From IMG/VR virus record IMGVR_UViG_3300045988_088460: 44,037 bases of DNA, one strand, 5' to 3'. The DNA is from a virus. Under the pieces are notes generated by a model that ran no database searches, was not told where the DNA came from, and saw only the letters and a program-made list of their open reading frames with translations. Both the position numbers and the translations under genes were made by a program. Shown in pieces: positions 17,847-26,069 of this stretch (its first letter is position 1; each line of letters starts with the position of its first letter).

Positions 17847-18059
17847 ATGGCAAAAACCTACACCACCCAACAAGGGGACGCCTGGGACGCTATCGCGCAC
17901 AAAGTATATGGAAGCGAAATATATACAGGCTGGCTTATGCAGAACAACCTCCCCCTGCTGGATATTTTCGTATTTGAGGCGGGGACGGTCCTGCAAACAC
18001 CGGACCCGCCGGAGGATGACAAGGCGGAAAACCTGCCGATCTGGAGGACGGGAGCATGA
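17847..18059 (+). CDS. Tail protein X (P2 gpX-like, LysM-like)
   Basis: 70 aa. YTTQQGDAWDAIAHKVYGSE...LMQNN...FEAGTVLQTP follows the gpX/LysM-like pattern. Confidence 0.75.
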   Translation: MAKTYTTQQGDAWDAIAHKVYGSEIYTGWLMQNNLPLLDIFVFEAGTVLQTPDPPEDDKAENLPIWRTGA

Positions 18060-19351
18060 GAACACGCAGCGCGGCGGTGGATCTGACCTGGAACGGCGCG
18101 GCAGTCAAAAGTAAAATGCTGGGCCAGACCACGGAGATCACCTACACGGACCCCGCCAGCGGAGAGGCGGACAGCCTGGATATTGCGATCCATGACCGGG
18201 ACCGCCAATGGACGGTGGCATGGCTGCCGCTGGCAGGCGATACGCTGGAGGCCATCATAAAACTTTCCGACTGGGAGCGGGAGGGCGACAGCCGCGCCCT
18301 CCCCTGCGGGTTTTTCATCCTGGACAATTTCGAGTTTGCGGGCTGGCCCATTACCGGGACCATTTCCGCCGTGTCGGTGCCGGCGGACGGCGCTTTTCGA
18401 GAAACCGAGCGGACAAAGACCTGGGAAAAGGTAACCGTCCAGGAAATCGGAAAAGAGATTGCAAGCCGGGCGGGCATTACCCTGGCCTGGGATGTGGAGG
18501 GGACCCCTTTCACGATCCAGTCCATTGAGCAGTCCGGGCAGACCGATTGTGATTTTTACATGGAGCTGTGCGACGCTTACGGCTACGCCATGAAAGTGTA
18601 CGCCCAAAAAATCGTGGTATTTGACCGGGAGGCGTACAAGAAAAAGGACCCCGTGCTGACCATACGGGAAACCGATATGGAGAGCTGGAGCTGGAAAAAG
18701 ACCATGGCCGGGACCTACACCGGCGGGGAGTACACCTACACGGACCCGATCACCGAGGAGGAGATCAAGGCCACTGTGGGGACTGGCACACGGATCCTGA
18801 AACAATCCGGCAAGGCGGACAACCTGGCCGACGCAGAGCGGCGGATCCGGGCGGCGGTGGACAAAGCGAACCACGGCGCCACCACCCTGTCCGTGACCAT
18901 GACGGGCAACGCCGCCCTGGTGGCCTCCCAGTGTGTCACTGTGGTGGGCCTGGGGCGCCTGTCTGGAAAGTATTACATAGACAGCATTACCCACCATGTC
19001 GGTGCGGGGTACACCATGGACCTGGAGCTGTCCCTGGTGGAAGCCATGACCGAGGAAGTGATCAAGGACGCCACCGAGCGGCTGGCCGCCGTGGGCGTTA
19101 TGGCCTCCCCGGAGTATTGGGTGGCCCATTACAAGGATGTGAAAAACCTGGACGGCCTGATCCTGAACATGGCAACCCGGATCAAGGTAAACCTGGGCGG
19201 GACAAGTATCACGACGGTGGACGCGGCGCTGAAAGTGCTGACCAACACCGGGGTGATCAACTCCCCGGACTACTGGGCCACCGCTTACTCCTCCCTGGCA
19301 TGGCTGGACACTCTGCTGATCAGCGCGGCCAACGCCCTGACAGCTGATTGA
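18056..19351 (+). CDS. Late control gene D-like baseplate hub protein with C-terminal 2x SP(D/E)YW repeat module
   Basis: 431 aa after gpX, as in P2. The C-terminus carries two repeats (GVMASPEYWVAHY...LDGLILNMA and GVINSPDYWATAY...LDTLLISAANAL) that also occur in the endolysin. Confidence 0.8.
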   Translation: MRTRSAAVDLTWNGAAVKSKMLGQTTEITYTDPASGEADSLDIAIHDRDRQWTVAWLPLAGDTLEAIIKLSDWEREGDSRALPCGFFILDNFEFAGWPITGTISAVSVPADGAFRETERTKTWEKVTVQEIGKEIASRAGITLAWDVEGTPFTIQSIEQSGQTDCDFYMELCDAYGYAMKVYAQKIVVFDREAYKKKDPVLTIRETDMESWSWKKTMAGTYTGGEYTYTDPITEEEIKATVGTGTRILKQSGKADNLADAERRIRAAVDKANHGATTLSVTMTGNAALVASQCVTVVGLGRLSGKYYIDSITHHVGAGYTMDLELSLVEAMTEEVIKDATERLAAVGVMASPEYWVAHYKDVKNLDGLILNMATRIKVNLGGTSITTVDAALKVLTNTGVINSPDYWATAYSSLAWLDTLLISAANALTAD

Positions 19352-19361
19352 GGAGGACCAC

Positions 19362-19757
19362 ATGGCAAATGAAATTTTCCGGGTGGGCAAGGTTTCATCC
19401 ATTGACTACGCCGCCGGCCTGGTGCGGGTGGTCTACCCCGACAAGGACAACAGCGTGACCGCCCCCCTGCCCATGCTCTGCACAGAGTACAACATGCCAA
19501 AGGTGGGGGATCCCGTCATGGTGCTGCACCTATCCAACGGGACCGAGGCGGGGCTGGTCCTGGGCCGGTATTGGTCCGGCAATAACAAACCCCCGGAGGG
19601 CGCGGAGGGCCTGTTCCGCAAGGACCTGGGCCGGACGCCGGGGGAGGCCATGATCCGGTATGACGGCAGCACCCTGACCATCCAATGCGCCGGGGCCATC
19701 CACATTGAAGCCGGCGGAGCGGTGACCATCAACGGCGCCACCATCGACCTGAACTAA
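19362..19757 (+). CDS. Baseplate assembly protein V / spike (gpV, Mu gp45-like)
   Basis: 131 aa. FRVGKVSSIDYAAGLVRVVYPDKDNSVTAPLPML...GDPVMVLHLSNGTEAGLVLG is typical of gpV. Confidence 0.75.
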   Translation: MANEIFRVGKVSSIDYAAGLVRVVYPDKDNSVTAPLPMLCTEYNMPKVGDPVMVLHLSNGTEAGLVLGRYWSGNNKPPEGAEGLFRKDLGRTPGEAMIRYDGSTLTIQCAGAIHIEAGGAVTINGATIDLN

Positions 19758-19771
19758 AGGAGGCGGGAGCC

Positions 19772-20110
19772 ATGCCGCAGGCGGCAAGAATAACCGACGC
19801 GGTGGCGGGAACCGCCGCCGGGGAACACACGGGGCATGTACCGCCCCACTCCCCGGAACCGTTCAGCGGGGAGATCTCCGGGGCGTGTTCGGGGACGGTG
19901 CGGATCAACGGCCTGGCCGCCGCTACGGTGGGGAGCATTACCACCGAGCGGGACGGGTGCTGCGGGTCCAGCCAGGGCGCCGTGGGTGCCGGGAGCGGGA
20001 CGGTGCGGATCAACGGGAAGCCGGCGGCCCGCATGGGCGACACCCTGGCCGCGCACAGCGGGAGCGGGACCGTGACGGGCGGAAGCCCTGATGTGAGGAT
20101 AGGAGGGTAA
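19772..20110 (+). CDS. PAAR-domain spike tip protein
   Basis: 112 aa with repeated GTVRING(L/K)(A/P)AA motifs, including PAARMGD. Confidence 0.75.
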   Translation: MPQAARITDAVAGTAAGEHTGHVPPHSPEPFSGEISGACSGTVRINGLAAATVGSITTERDGCCGSSQGAVGAGSGTVRINGKPAARMGDTLAAHSGSGTVTGGSPDVRIGG

Positions 20111-20113
20111 GCT

Positions 20114-20509
20114 GTGACCATTGGAACGCTGGGGCGGAAAATCGTCTTTGAGGTGAGCGACGAAACCGCCCTGATCCTCCAGGAAATGACCAGGGAAACC
20201 TCCGGGCGCTGGGCCATCCACGAAGCCATGGGAGCAAAGCCAAAGGCGGAGTTTTTAGGCCCTGGTCTCCAGACTGTAAACCTGACCATATACCTGTCCG
20301 CCGGCCTGGGGGTGCGCCCCCGGTCCGTGCTGGAGGCGGTGGAGGGCATGGTGGAAGCAGGGACGGCGGAATATTTGGTCATCGGCAACAGGCCGGTGGG
20401 GAAAAATCCGTTTCGGCTGACCGGATCAAGCGAAACCTGGTCCACCATATTCAGCCGCGGGGAGCTGGTAAAGGCCGCCCTGTCCATCACGCTGGAGGAA
20501 TACGCATGA
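20114..20509 (+). CDS. Tail protein U-like (P2 gpU family)
   Basis: GTG start after GGAGGG. VFEVSDETALILQEMTRETSGRWAIHEAMGAKPKAEFLGPGLQTVNLTIYL follows the GpU pattern. Confidence 0.6.
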   Translation: MTIGTLGRKIVFEVSDETALILQEMTRETSGRWAIHEAMGAKPKAEFLGPGLQTVNLTIYLSAGLGVRPRSVLEAVEGMVEAGTAEYLVIGNRPVGKNPFRLTGSSETWSTIFSRGELVKAALSITLEEYA

Positions 20510-20808
20510 ATATTTCACCTTTTGATTTTCAACTGCAATTCACTTTTGCCAATGACGCTATGGCGGAGCTGGACCGCAAGCTGGCCCTGCTGTATTCCAC
20601 CAGAGAGGGCACTATGCCGCTGGATCGGGAATTTGGGATCAACATGGATTTTGTGGACATGCCGCCGGAGGTGGCCAAGAGCCTTTACACGGCGGAAATC
20701 ACGAAAAAGACGGCCCAATTTATCCCGGAGGTGCGGGTGCAGTCCGTCCAATGGAGCCATGGCGGCGAGGGCGTATTTTATCCCAAGGTGGTGATCACAA
20801 GTGCCTGA
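20506..20808 (+). CDS. Baseplate wedge protein (gpW / gp25-like)
   Basis: 100 aa immediately upstream of gpJ. Contains the motif LLYSTREGTMPLDREFG. Confidence 0.55.
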   Translation: MNISPFDFQLQFTFANDAMAELDRKLALLYSTREGTMPLDREFGINMDFVDMPPEVAKSLYTAEITKKTAQFIPEVRVQSVQWSHGGEGVFYPKVVITSA

Positions 20809-21955
20809 CATGTCAGCAATCGAGAACACACCGGAAATCAGCTTTATTGACAATAAGACGGTGGAGGATGTGCGGGGCGAAATGGTGGCCGATTATGAGG
20901 ACTATATGACGCAGGCCCAGGGCGTGTCCGTGTCCCTGGACCGGGCCAGCGTCCACCGCATGATCCTGTACGCCGCGGCGGCGCAGATCTACCAGGCTAT
21001 GCAGTACATAGACCGGCAGGGCAAGCAAAGCCTATTGAAATACAGCTATTCCGACTACCTGGACAACCTGGCGCTTTTTAAGGGCGTCACCAGAAGCCCG
21101 GCCACGGCGGCAACCTGCACCCTGCGCTTTACCCTGGCGGCGGAGCGGGAAACGGCAACAGCCATCCCACAGGGCACCAGGGTGGCGTCCTCCGGGTCCG
21201 TGTACTTTGCCACGGACGAATATGCGGAGATCCCACCGGGCAGCACCGCGGTGGAGGTGGCGGCCACCTGTACCGAAACCGGAAGCGCCGGCAACGGCCT
21301 GACCGCCGGGGAGCTGTCCACCATGGTGGATCCTGTCCCCTATGTGGCCAGCGTGGCCAACACCGCAACCACGGAGGGCGGGGCGGAGATCGAGAGTGAC
21401 GCAGACCTGGCGGAGCGGGTTTTTCTGGCCCCCGGCGCCTACTCCACGGCGGGACCAGAGGACAGCTACCTATACCACGCCAAGGCATACAGCCCGGCCA
21501 TTGGGGATGTGGTGGCCACCAGCGACCAGGAGGCCGGTACGGTGGATATTGTTTTCATCATGGCCGACGGAGCAAAGCCTGGGCCGGAAATGATCAACGG
21601 GCTAAAGGGCTATCTGCAAGACAAGACGATCCGGCCCATGACGGATCTGGTCAATGTATCGGCCCCGGAGGAGGTCCCTTATACCATCGGCCTGACCTAT
21701 TACATCAACCGGAGCGACAGCGCCAAGGCCGTGACCATCCAGGCGGCGGTGGCCCAGGCGGTGGCGGATTATCAGACCTGGCAACGGGCCATTGGACGGG
21801 ACATAAACCCCTCCAAGCTGGTGGCCATGGTCATGGAGGCAGGGGCCAAGCGGGTGACCGTAACGGCCCCCACATACACCGCCGTGGCGGCCACTAAGGT
21901 GTCCGCCCTCCAGGGGGAGGCCACCGTGACTTACGGAGGGCTGGAGGATGATTAA
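20801..21955 (+). CDS. Baseplate J-like protein
   Basis: 384 aa between the gp25-like and gpI-like genes. Size and order match P2 gpJ. Confidence 0.85.
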   Translation: MPDMSAIENTPEISFIDNKTVEDVRGEMVADYEDYMTQAQGVSVSLDRASVHRMILYAAAAQIYQAMQYIDRQGKQSLLKYSYSDYLDNLALFKGVTRSPATAATCTLRFTLAAERETATAIPQGTRVASSGSVYFATDEYAEIPPGSTAVEVAATCTETGSAGNGLTAGELSTMVDPVPYVASVANTATTEGGAEIESDADLAERVFLAPGAYSTAGPEDSYLYHAKAYSPAIGDVVATSDQEAGTVDIVFIMADGAKPGPEMINGLKGYLQDKTIRPMTDLVNVSAPEEVPYTIGLTYYINRSDSAKAVTIQAAVAQAVADYQTWQRAIGRDINPSKLVAMVMEAGAKRVTVTAPTYTAVAATKVSALQGEATVTYGGLEDD

Positions 21956-22601
21956 ACTTTCCGGGAGCCGCTTTACCGACATTATGCCGGAGAACCTGGC
22001 CAGCCAGGCGGAGGTCCAGGCGATTGCCTACGCGGTGGGGCGGCAGGTGGAAAAGCTGTGCGCCTATTCCGACGCGGCCCGGACCTATGCGGCCATTGCC
22101 ACCATGCCGGAGTGGCTGCTGGATTATATGGCCGTGGAGCTGCGCACCCCGTCCTATGATGAAAATTATTCGATCAAGACCAAGCGGGCGCTGATTGAGG
22201 GATCCCTGTTGTTTTACACGCAGATGGGCACCCCGGCGGCGGTCAACCGGATCATTGAAACCATCTTTGAAACTGGGTATATCGAGGAGTGGTACGAGTA
22301 CGACGGCGATCCGCACCATTTCCGGGCCTATGTGGGGGACGGCGGCGAGGTAGGGCCGGGAGAGCTGGAGGAGTTCCGGCGGGTCCTGGCCTCCGTCAAG
22401 CGCCTTTCCTCCTGGCTGGATGATATTATCACCATTTCGCAGATGGATCCGGCGGCCCTGACCATCACGGGCGCCATGGGGCGGGGCTATATGTCCACCG
22501 CCCTGCCGGCGGCGGCCATGGACTACGGCATGGAGGCCCCGATCCGAGCGGGCGGGGTTTTCGGGACTATCACACAGACCGCCATACCGGCGGCGGAGTA
22601 A
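21948..22601 (+). CDS. Tail protein I-like (P2 gpI)
   Basis: 217 aa between gpJ and the fibre. The N-terminal MPENLASQAEVQAIAYAVG pattern is typical. Confidence 0.65.
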   Translation: MIKLSGSRFTDIMPENLASQAEVQAIAYAVGRQVEKLCAYSDAARTYAAIATMPEWLLDYMAVELRTPSYDENYSIKTKRALIEGSLLFYTQMGTPAAVNRIIETIFETGYIEEWYEYDGDPHHFRAYVGDGGEVGPGELEEFRRVLASVKRLSSWLDDIITISQMDPAALTITGAMGRGYMSTALPAAAMDYGMEAPIRAGGVFGTITQTAIPAAE

Positions 22602-22613
22602 GAGGAGGCAACC

Positions 22614-25127
22614 ATGTTTTACGGATTTGTCATTACAGAGGCCGGCAACAATCTGCTGGCCAAAATGGTGGCCGGCGATAAGCTGACCATTACCAAGGTG
22701 GTCATGGACAAGGGCACGGCGGAGAGCGCGGAGGCCGCCCGGAAGCTGACCGCCCCCATTGACCCAGGCCCCAACGGCACCAGCACCGTGCCAACGGTGG
22801 AGGGCGCCGCTGTCAACATGCTGGTGGAGTATCGCAGCGACCTGAACGGCGGATTACAGGAAGGTTTCTGGATCGGTGGCTTTGCCGTGTTCGGCAAGGT
22901 AGAGAACGGGACCGAAACCATGATCTATTATGGGTCCCTGGGGGAGCAAAAGCAGTATGTGAGCGCCTATGTGGAGGGAACCGCCCCGGATGTGCGCCGC
23001 TACCCCGTTTCCATCACCGTGACCGCCGGCGTGGAGGTGGAAGTGTCCTACCCCGCGGAGGCGTGGATGACCGCCGAGGATGTGGCGGAATACTTCAACG
23101 GGACCCTAAAGCCGCAGCTGGAGGAGAGCCTGGATGACCTGATCGACGAACACAACAAGGATCCCAACGCCCACAACGGCGCCCTGAAAGACAAGCAGGA
23201 CGCCATCAAGGTGGAGGGCCTGCTGAAAGGGACCAAGACCACCGGCGAGGGCGGGGACACCTACAAGGTGGGCGCGGCCAAGCCGGGGACGGATTACCAG
23301 CAGCCCACCAACGCCCTGCCGGCGGCGGAGGAAATGTCCACGCAGGACTTCATCCCGTTCTACGACCACGCCAGCGGCCAGCACATGCGGGCCACCCTCC
23401 AGAGCTTGAAAGAGGCCATAGGCGTACAAAGCCCCTCCATCAAGGTGACCACCTGCACGGGCGCCGCCGTGACCTGTTCGGACGGGGAAACCACCCTGGA
23501 GGGGACCGGATCCACAGAGTTTGAACTGCCCCATGTGGGGGACTGGACCGCGACGGCCACCCTGGACGGACAGAGCGCCACCCAGCTGGTGGAGGTGAGC
23601 GGCGCCCTGCTGTACGAGGTGGACCTGATGATCACCGAGGGGATCGCAGTCACCACCCAGCCCAACAAAAAGACCTATTACATCGGGGAAGCATTTGACC
23701 CGGCGGGAATGGTGGTAACTGCCACCTTTGCGGATGACACCACCGAAAATGTGACGGACGATTGCACATTCTCCCCCGCCACCATCTCCAAGGACACCAC
23801 GGCCATCACGGTGAACTATCAGCGGGGCGGGATCAAAAAGACCGCCAGCGTGGCGGTGACGGTGCGGGTGCTGGCCAGCATTGAGATCTCCAACCCGCCC
23901 ACGAAAACCGCCTACAAGTACGGGGAAGTGTTCAGCCCGGCGGGTATGGCCGTCACGGCCCGCTATACAGACGGCCAGAGCCGTGCGGTGACCGGGTACA
24001 CCTATTCCCCCACCGGCGCCCTGAAATTGAGTGATACCACTATCACAGTTTCCTACACGGAGGGGGATGTGACCAAGACCACCACCCAGGCCATCACGGT
24101 GGCCAAGGTGCTGGACCGGATCGCAGTCACCACGCCCCCCAACCGCACCAGCTACTTTTCCGGTGAGCAGTTCAGCACCGCCGGCATGGTGGTGACTGCC
24201 TACTACACCGACGGAAGCAGCGGCGCGGTGACCGGGTACACCTATTCCCCCACCGGCGCCCTGGCCGCAGGAAATACCACCATCACGGTTTCCTACACAG
24301 AGGGCGGCGTGACCAAGACCACCACCCAAGCCATCACGGTGACCACCATCAACACCACGCTAAACTCCAACAGCTGGGCCACGATCAAAGCGGTTTCGGA
24401 TGCCGGAAAGGGTGATAATTACTGGGATGTGGGCGACACCAAGACCATCACCATCAACGGGACGGTGCAGGGCTTTACATTCTCCAACCTGTCCATTGCA
24501 GTTTTCATCATCGGATTTAACCACAACAGCAGCCGGGAGGGAAACAACCGGATCCATTTCCAGATCGGCAAGATCTCCAACAAGCTGGTGGGCCTGTGTG
24601 ATAGCAATTACGGCAACTATGTGTCAAGCGGTTTCTGTATGAACACTGAACAGACTAACCGCGGCGGATGGAGCAACAGCCACATGCGGAAAACCGTACT
24701 GGGCAACAGCGGAGCGCCGTCCAGCCCGCCGGCCAACTCCCTGCTGGCGGCTTTGCCGGCGGACTTACGGGCCGTTATGAAATCCGTGTCCAAGTACAGC
24801 GACAACAACGGCGGCGGATATGACACGGCCAGCTATGTGACGGCCACCACCGACTGGCTTTTCCTGCTGGCAGAGTTTGAATACCACGGCAAACAGAGCT
24901 ACGCCAACAGCGCGGAGCAGAACTACCAAAAGCAGTATGACTACTACAAGGCGGGCAACAGCAAGGTGCATTACAGGCACGACAGCACGGGAACGGCGGT
25001 CGGTGCGTGGACCCGTTCCGCCTATTCCGGCAACGGCAACTCTTTCTGCCTTGTCAACACGGACGGCACGCCCACCAACAGCGGCGCGGACGGTTCAAGG
25101 GCGCTGGCCCCCGGCTTTGCCGCCTAA
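22614..25127 (+). CDS. Tail fibre, DGR target 1
   Basis: 837 aa. The N-terminus resembles the P2 gpH tail-collar domain (MFYGFVITEAGNNLLAKMVAG...). It has three 80-aa Ig-like repeats. The C-terminal about 230-aa lectin-fold-like domain (DUF6273-like) ends in VR1 (...AWTRSAYSGNGNSFCLVNTDGTPTNSGADGSRALAPGFAA). Confidence 0.9.
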   Translation: MFYGFVITEAGNNLLAKMVAGDKLTITKVVMDKGTAESAEAARKLTAPIDPGPNGTSTVPTVEGAAVNMLVEYRSDLNGGLQEGFWIGGFAVFGKVENGTETMIYYGSLGEQKQYVSAYVEGTAPDVRRYPVSITVTAGVEVEVSYPAEAWMTAEDVAEYFNGTLKPQLEESLDDLIDEHNKDPNAHNGALKDKQDAIKVEGLLKGTKTTGEGGDTYKVGAAKPGTDYQQPTNALPAAEEMSTQDFIPFYDHASGQHMRATLQSLKEAIGVQSPSIKVTTCTGAAVTCSDGETTLEGTGSTEFELPHVGDWTATATLDGQSATQLVEVSGALLYEVDLMITEGIAVTTQPNKKTYYIGEAFDPAGMVVTATFADDTTENVTDDCTFSPATISKDTTAITVNYQRGGIKKTASVAVTVRVLASIEISNPPTKTAYKYGEVFSPAGMAVTARYTDGQSRAVTGYTYSPTGALKLSDTTITVSYTEGDVTKTTTQAITVAKVLDRIAVTTPPNRTSYFSGEQFSTAGMVVTAYYTDGSSGAVTGYTYSPTGALAAGNTTITVSYTEGGVTKTTTQAITVTTINTTLNSNSWATIKAVSDAGKGDNYWDVGDTKTITINGTVQGFTFSNLSIAVFIIGFNHNSSREGNNRIHFQIGKISNKLVGLCDSNYGNYVSSGFCMNTEQTNRGGWSNSHMRKTVLGNSGAPSSPPANSLLAALPADLRAVMKSVSKYSDNNGGGYDTASYVTATTDWLFLLAEFEYHGKQSYANSAEQNYQKQYDYYKAGNSKVHYRHDSTGTAVGAWTRSAYSGNGNSFCLVNTDGTPTNSGADGSRALAPGFAA
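23641..24360 (+). repeat. Three tandem 240-bp (80-aa) Ig-like (Big_3-like) repeats inside the fibre gene
   Basis: Units start near 23641, 23881 and 24121. Units 2 and 3 share an identical 39-mer (23985-24023 = 24225-24263). Confidence 0.8.
24994..25118 (+). repeat. DGR variable repeat 1 (VR1)
   Basis: Gap-free 125-nt alignment with TR 25728-25852. There are 12 internal mismatches, all at TR adenines. The end carries the GC box GGGCGCTGGCCCCCGG. Confidence 0.92.
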
Positions 25128-25150
25128 TCGCCGCAGCATATCCGGCCCCA

Positions 25151-25177
25151 ATCCCGTCCCGCGGAAGCGGGCGGGAT
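25151..25177 (+). promoter_or_regulatory. Post-VR1 hairpin (candidate DGR target-recognition element)
   Basis: ATCCCG(T)CCCGC-GGAA-GCGGGCGGGAT forms 11 bp with one bulge and a GNRA-type loop. It starts 32 nt after the VR1 end. An analogous hairpin follows VR2. Confidence 0.55.
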
Positions 25178-25214
25178 GACCGGATCGCAGAAACCAAGAG
25201 AGGAGGACGCCACC

Positions 25215-25673
25215 GTGTCCGTTTTGAAAGAGAAGCGCACCACCAGCAAGGCGGAATATGTGAACACCGCAAACCAGATCTATGTGAAAACCGTGGATTT
25301 TCTTTCGCGGCTGTCCGCCCGATATTCCCGGCTGATCGCGGCGGACACCGCCCGCCTGGCCGGTCAGGTCATGGACCACGCCGAGCAGGCAAACAAAATC
25401 TTTCCGTCCGACGCGCAGAGAAAGGAGCTGCGAAAAGCGCACCACCTGGAGGCCATGGCCGCCCTGTCTGCCCTGGATGTGCGCCTGACCCACTGTTATG
25501 AAATCCTGTACTGCAACCCGCAGGGCGCTTTTACAGACAGCAAGGGAAAGAGCGTACCGCCCAAGGAGGCCGCGGAGCGGCTGGACCGCATGGCCCAAGA
25601 GCTGGGAGAGCTGATCGACCAGGAGGAAACCCTGCTGCGGAACATCATGGAGAGCGACAAGAAACGAAAATAG
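25215..25673 (+). CDS. avd: Accessory variability determinant (Avd)-like helical protein
   Basis: Located between VR1 and TR. GTG 25215 lies 7 nt after AGAGGAGGA, and ATG 25176 is the track alternative. The 152-165 aa are predicted helical and basic. Assigned mainly by position. Confidence 0.65.
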   Translation: MSVLKEKRTTSKAEYVNTANQIYVKTVDFLSRLSARYSRLIAADTARLAGQVMDHAEQANKIFPSDAQRKELRKAHHLEAMAALSALDVRLTHCYEILYCNPQGAFTDSKGKSVPPKEAAERLDRMAQELGELIDQEETLLRNIMESDKKRK

Positions 25674-25727
25674 GTCATAACTGGGTGTATTTCTGAACAA
25701 GTGCCGTGCGGCAGGGCGACACTCCGG

Positions 25728-25853
25728 CGGCGGTCAATGCGTGGACCCGTTCCGCCAATTCCGGCAACAGCAACAATTTCTGCCTTGTCAACACGGACGG
25801 CACGCCCAACAACAACAACGCGGACAATTCAAGGGCGCTGGCCCCCGGATTTT
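25728..25853 (+). repeat. DGR template repeat (TR)
   Basis: Contains 30 adenines concentrated in AAY codons. In the VR frame it reads NAWTRSANSGNSNNFCLVNTDGTPNNNNADNSRALAPGF. It is non-coding here (the track ORF 25701..25901 is out of frame). After the GC box it has A (25849) where both VRs have C. Confidence 0.92.
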
Positions 25854-26069
25854 ATAGAATGGGTTGAAAGCGGACGCCAGGCGCGTCCCGAACCCGTATA
25901 AAAGGAGAAATACTTCCCTGGGTGTAAATCCCTAAAACTGCCCACTGACGGCCTTACACGGACGCTGCTTGCATGGCGGGGTATTGCGCTATCCCCGTTT
26001 CATGTGTCGGGCCAAAGTAGTTTAGACGCGCACCAACAAGACAACTATGCGGAGGGCGAATAAAATATT
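25854..26069 (+). ncRNA. TR-RT spacer, expected part of the DGR template RNA
   Basis: 216 nt with no credible ORF and several short hairpins (for example GGACGC-CAGGC-GCGTCC). In characterised DGRs, the spacer following the TR primes cDNA synthesis. Confidence 0.35.

Noticed and set aside
23641-24360. Regularly spaced repeats considered as a CRISPR-like array
   Set aside because: They are in-frame 240-bp coding repeats of the fibre with no short conserved repeat and variable spacer structure. No CRISPR array, tRNA or rRNA was seen anywhere in the window.
25701-25901. 66-aa ORF covering the template repeat
   Set aside because: It reads the TR out of the VR frame, starts with GTG without an SD, and has a Pro/Arg/Thr-rich product. 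The region is better explained as the non-coding TR.
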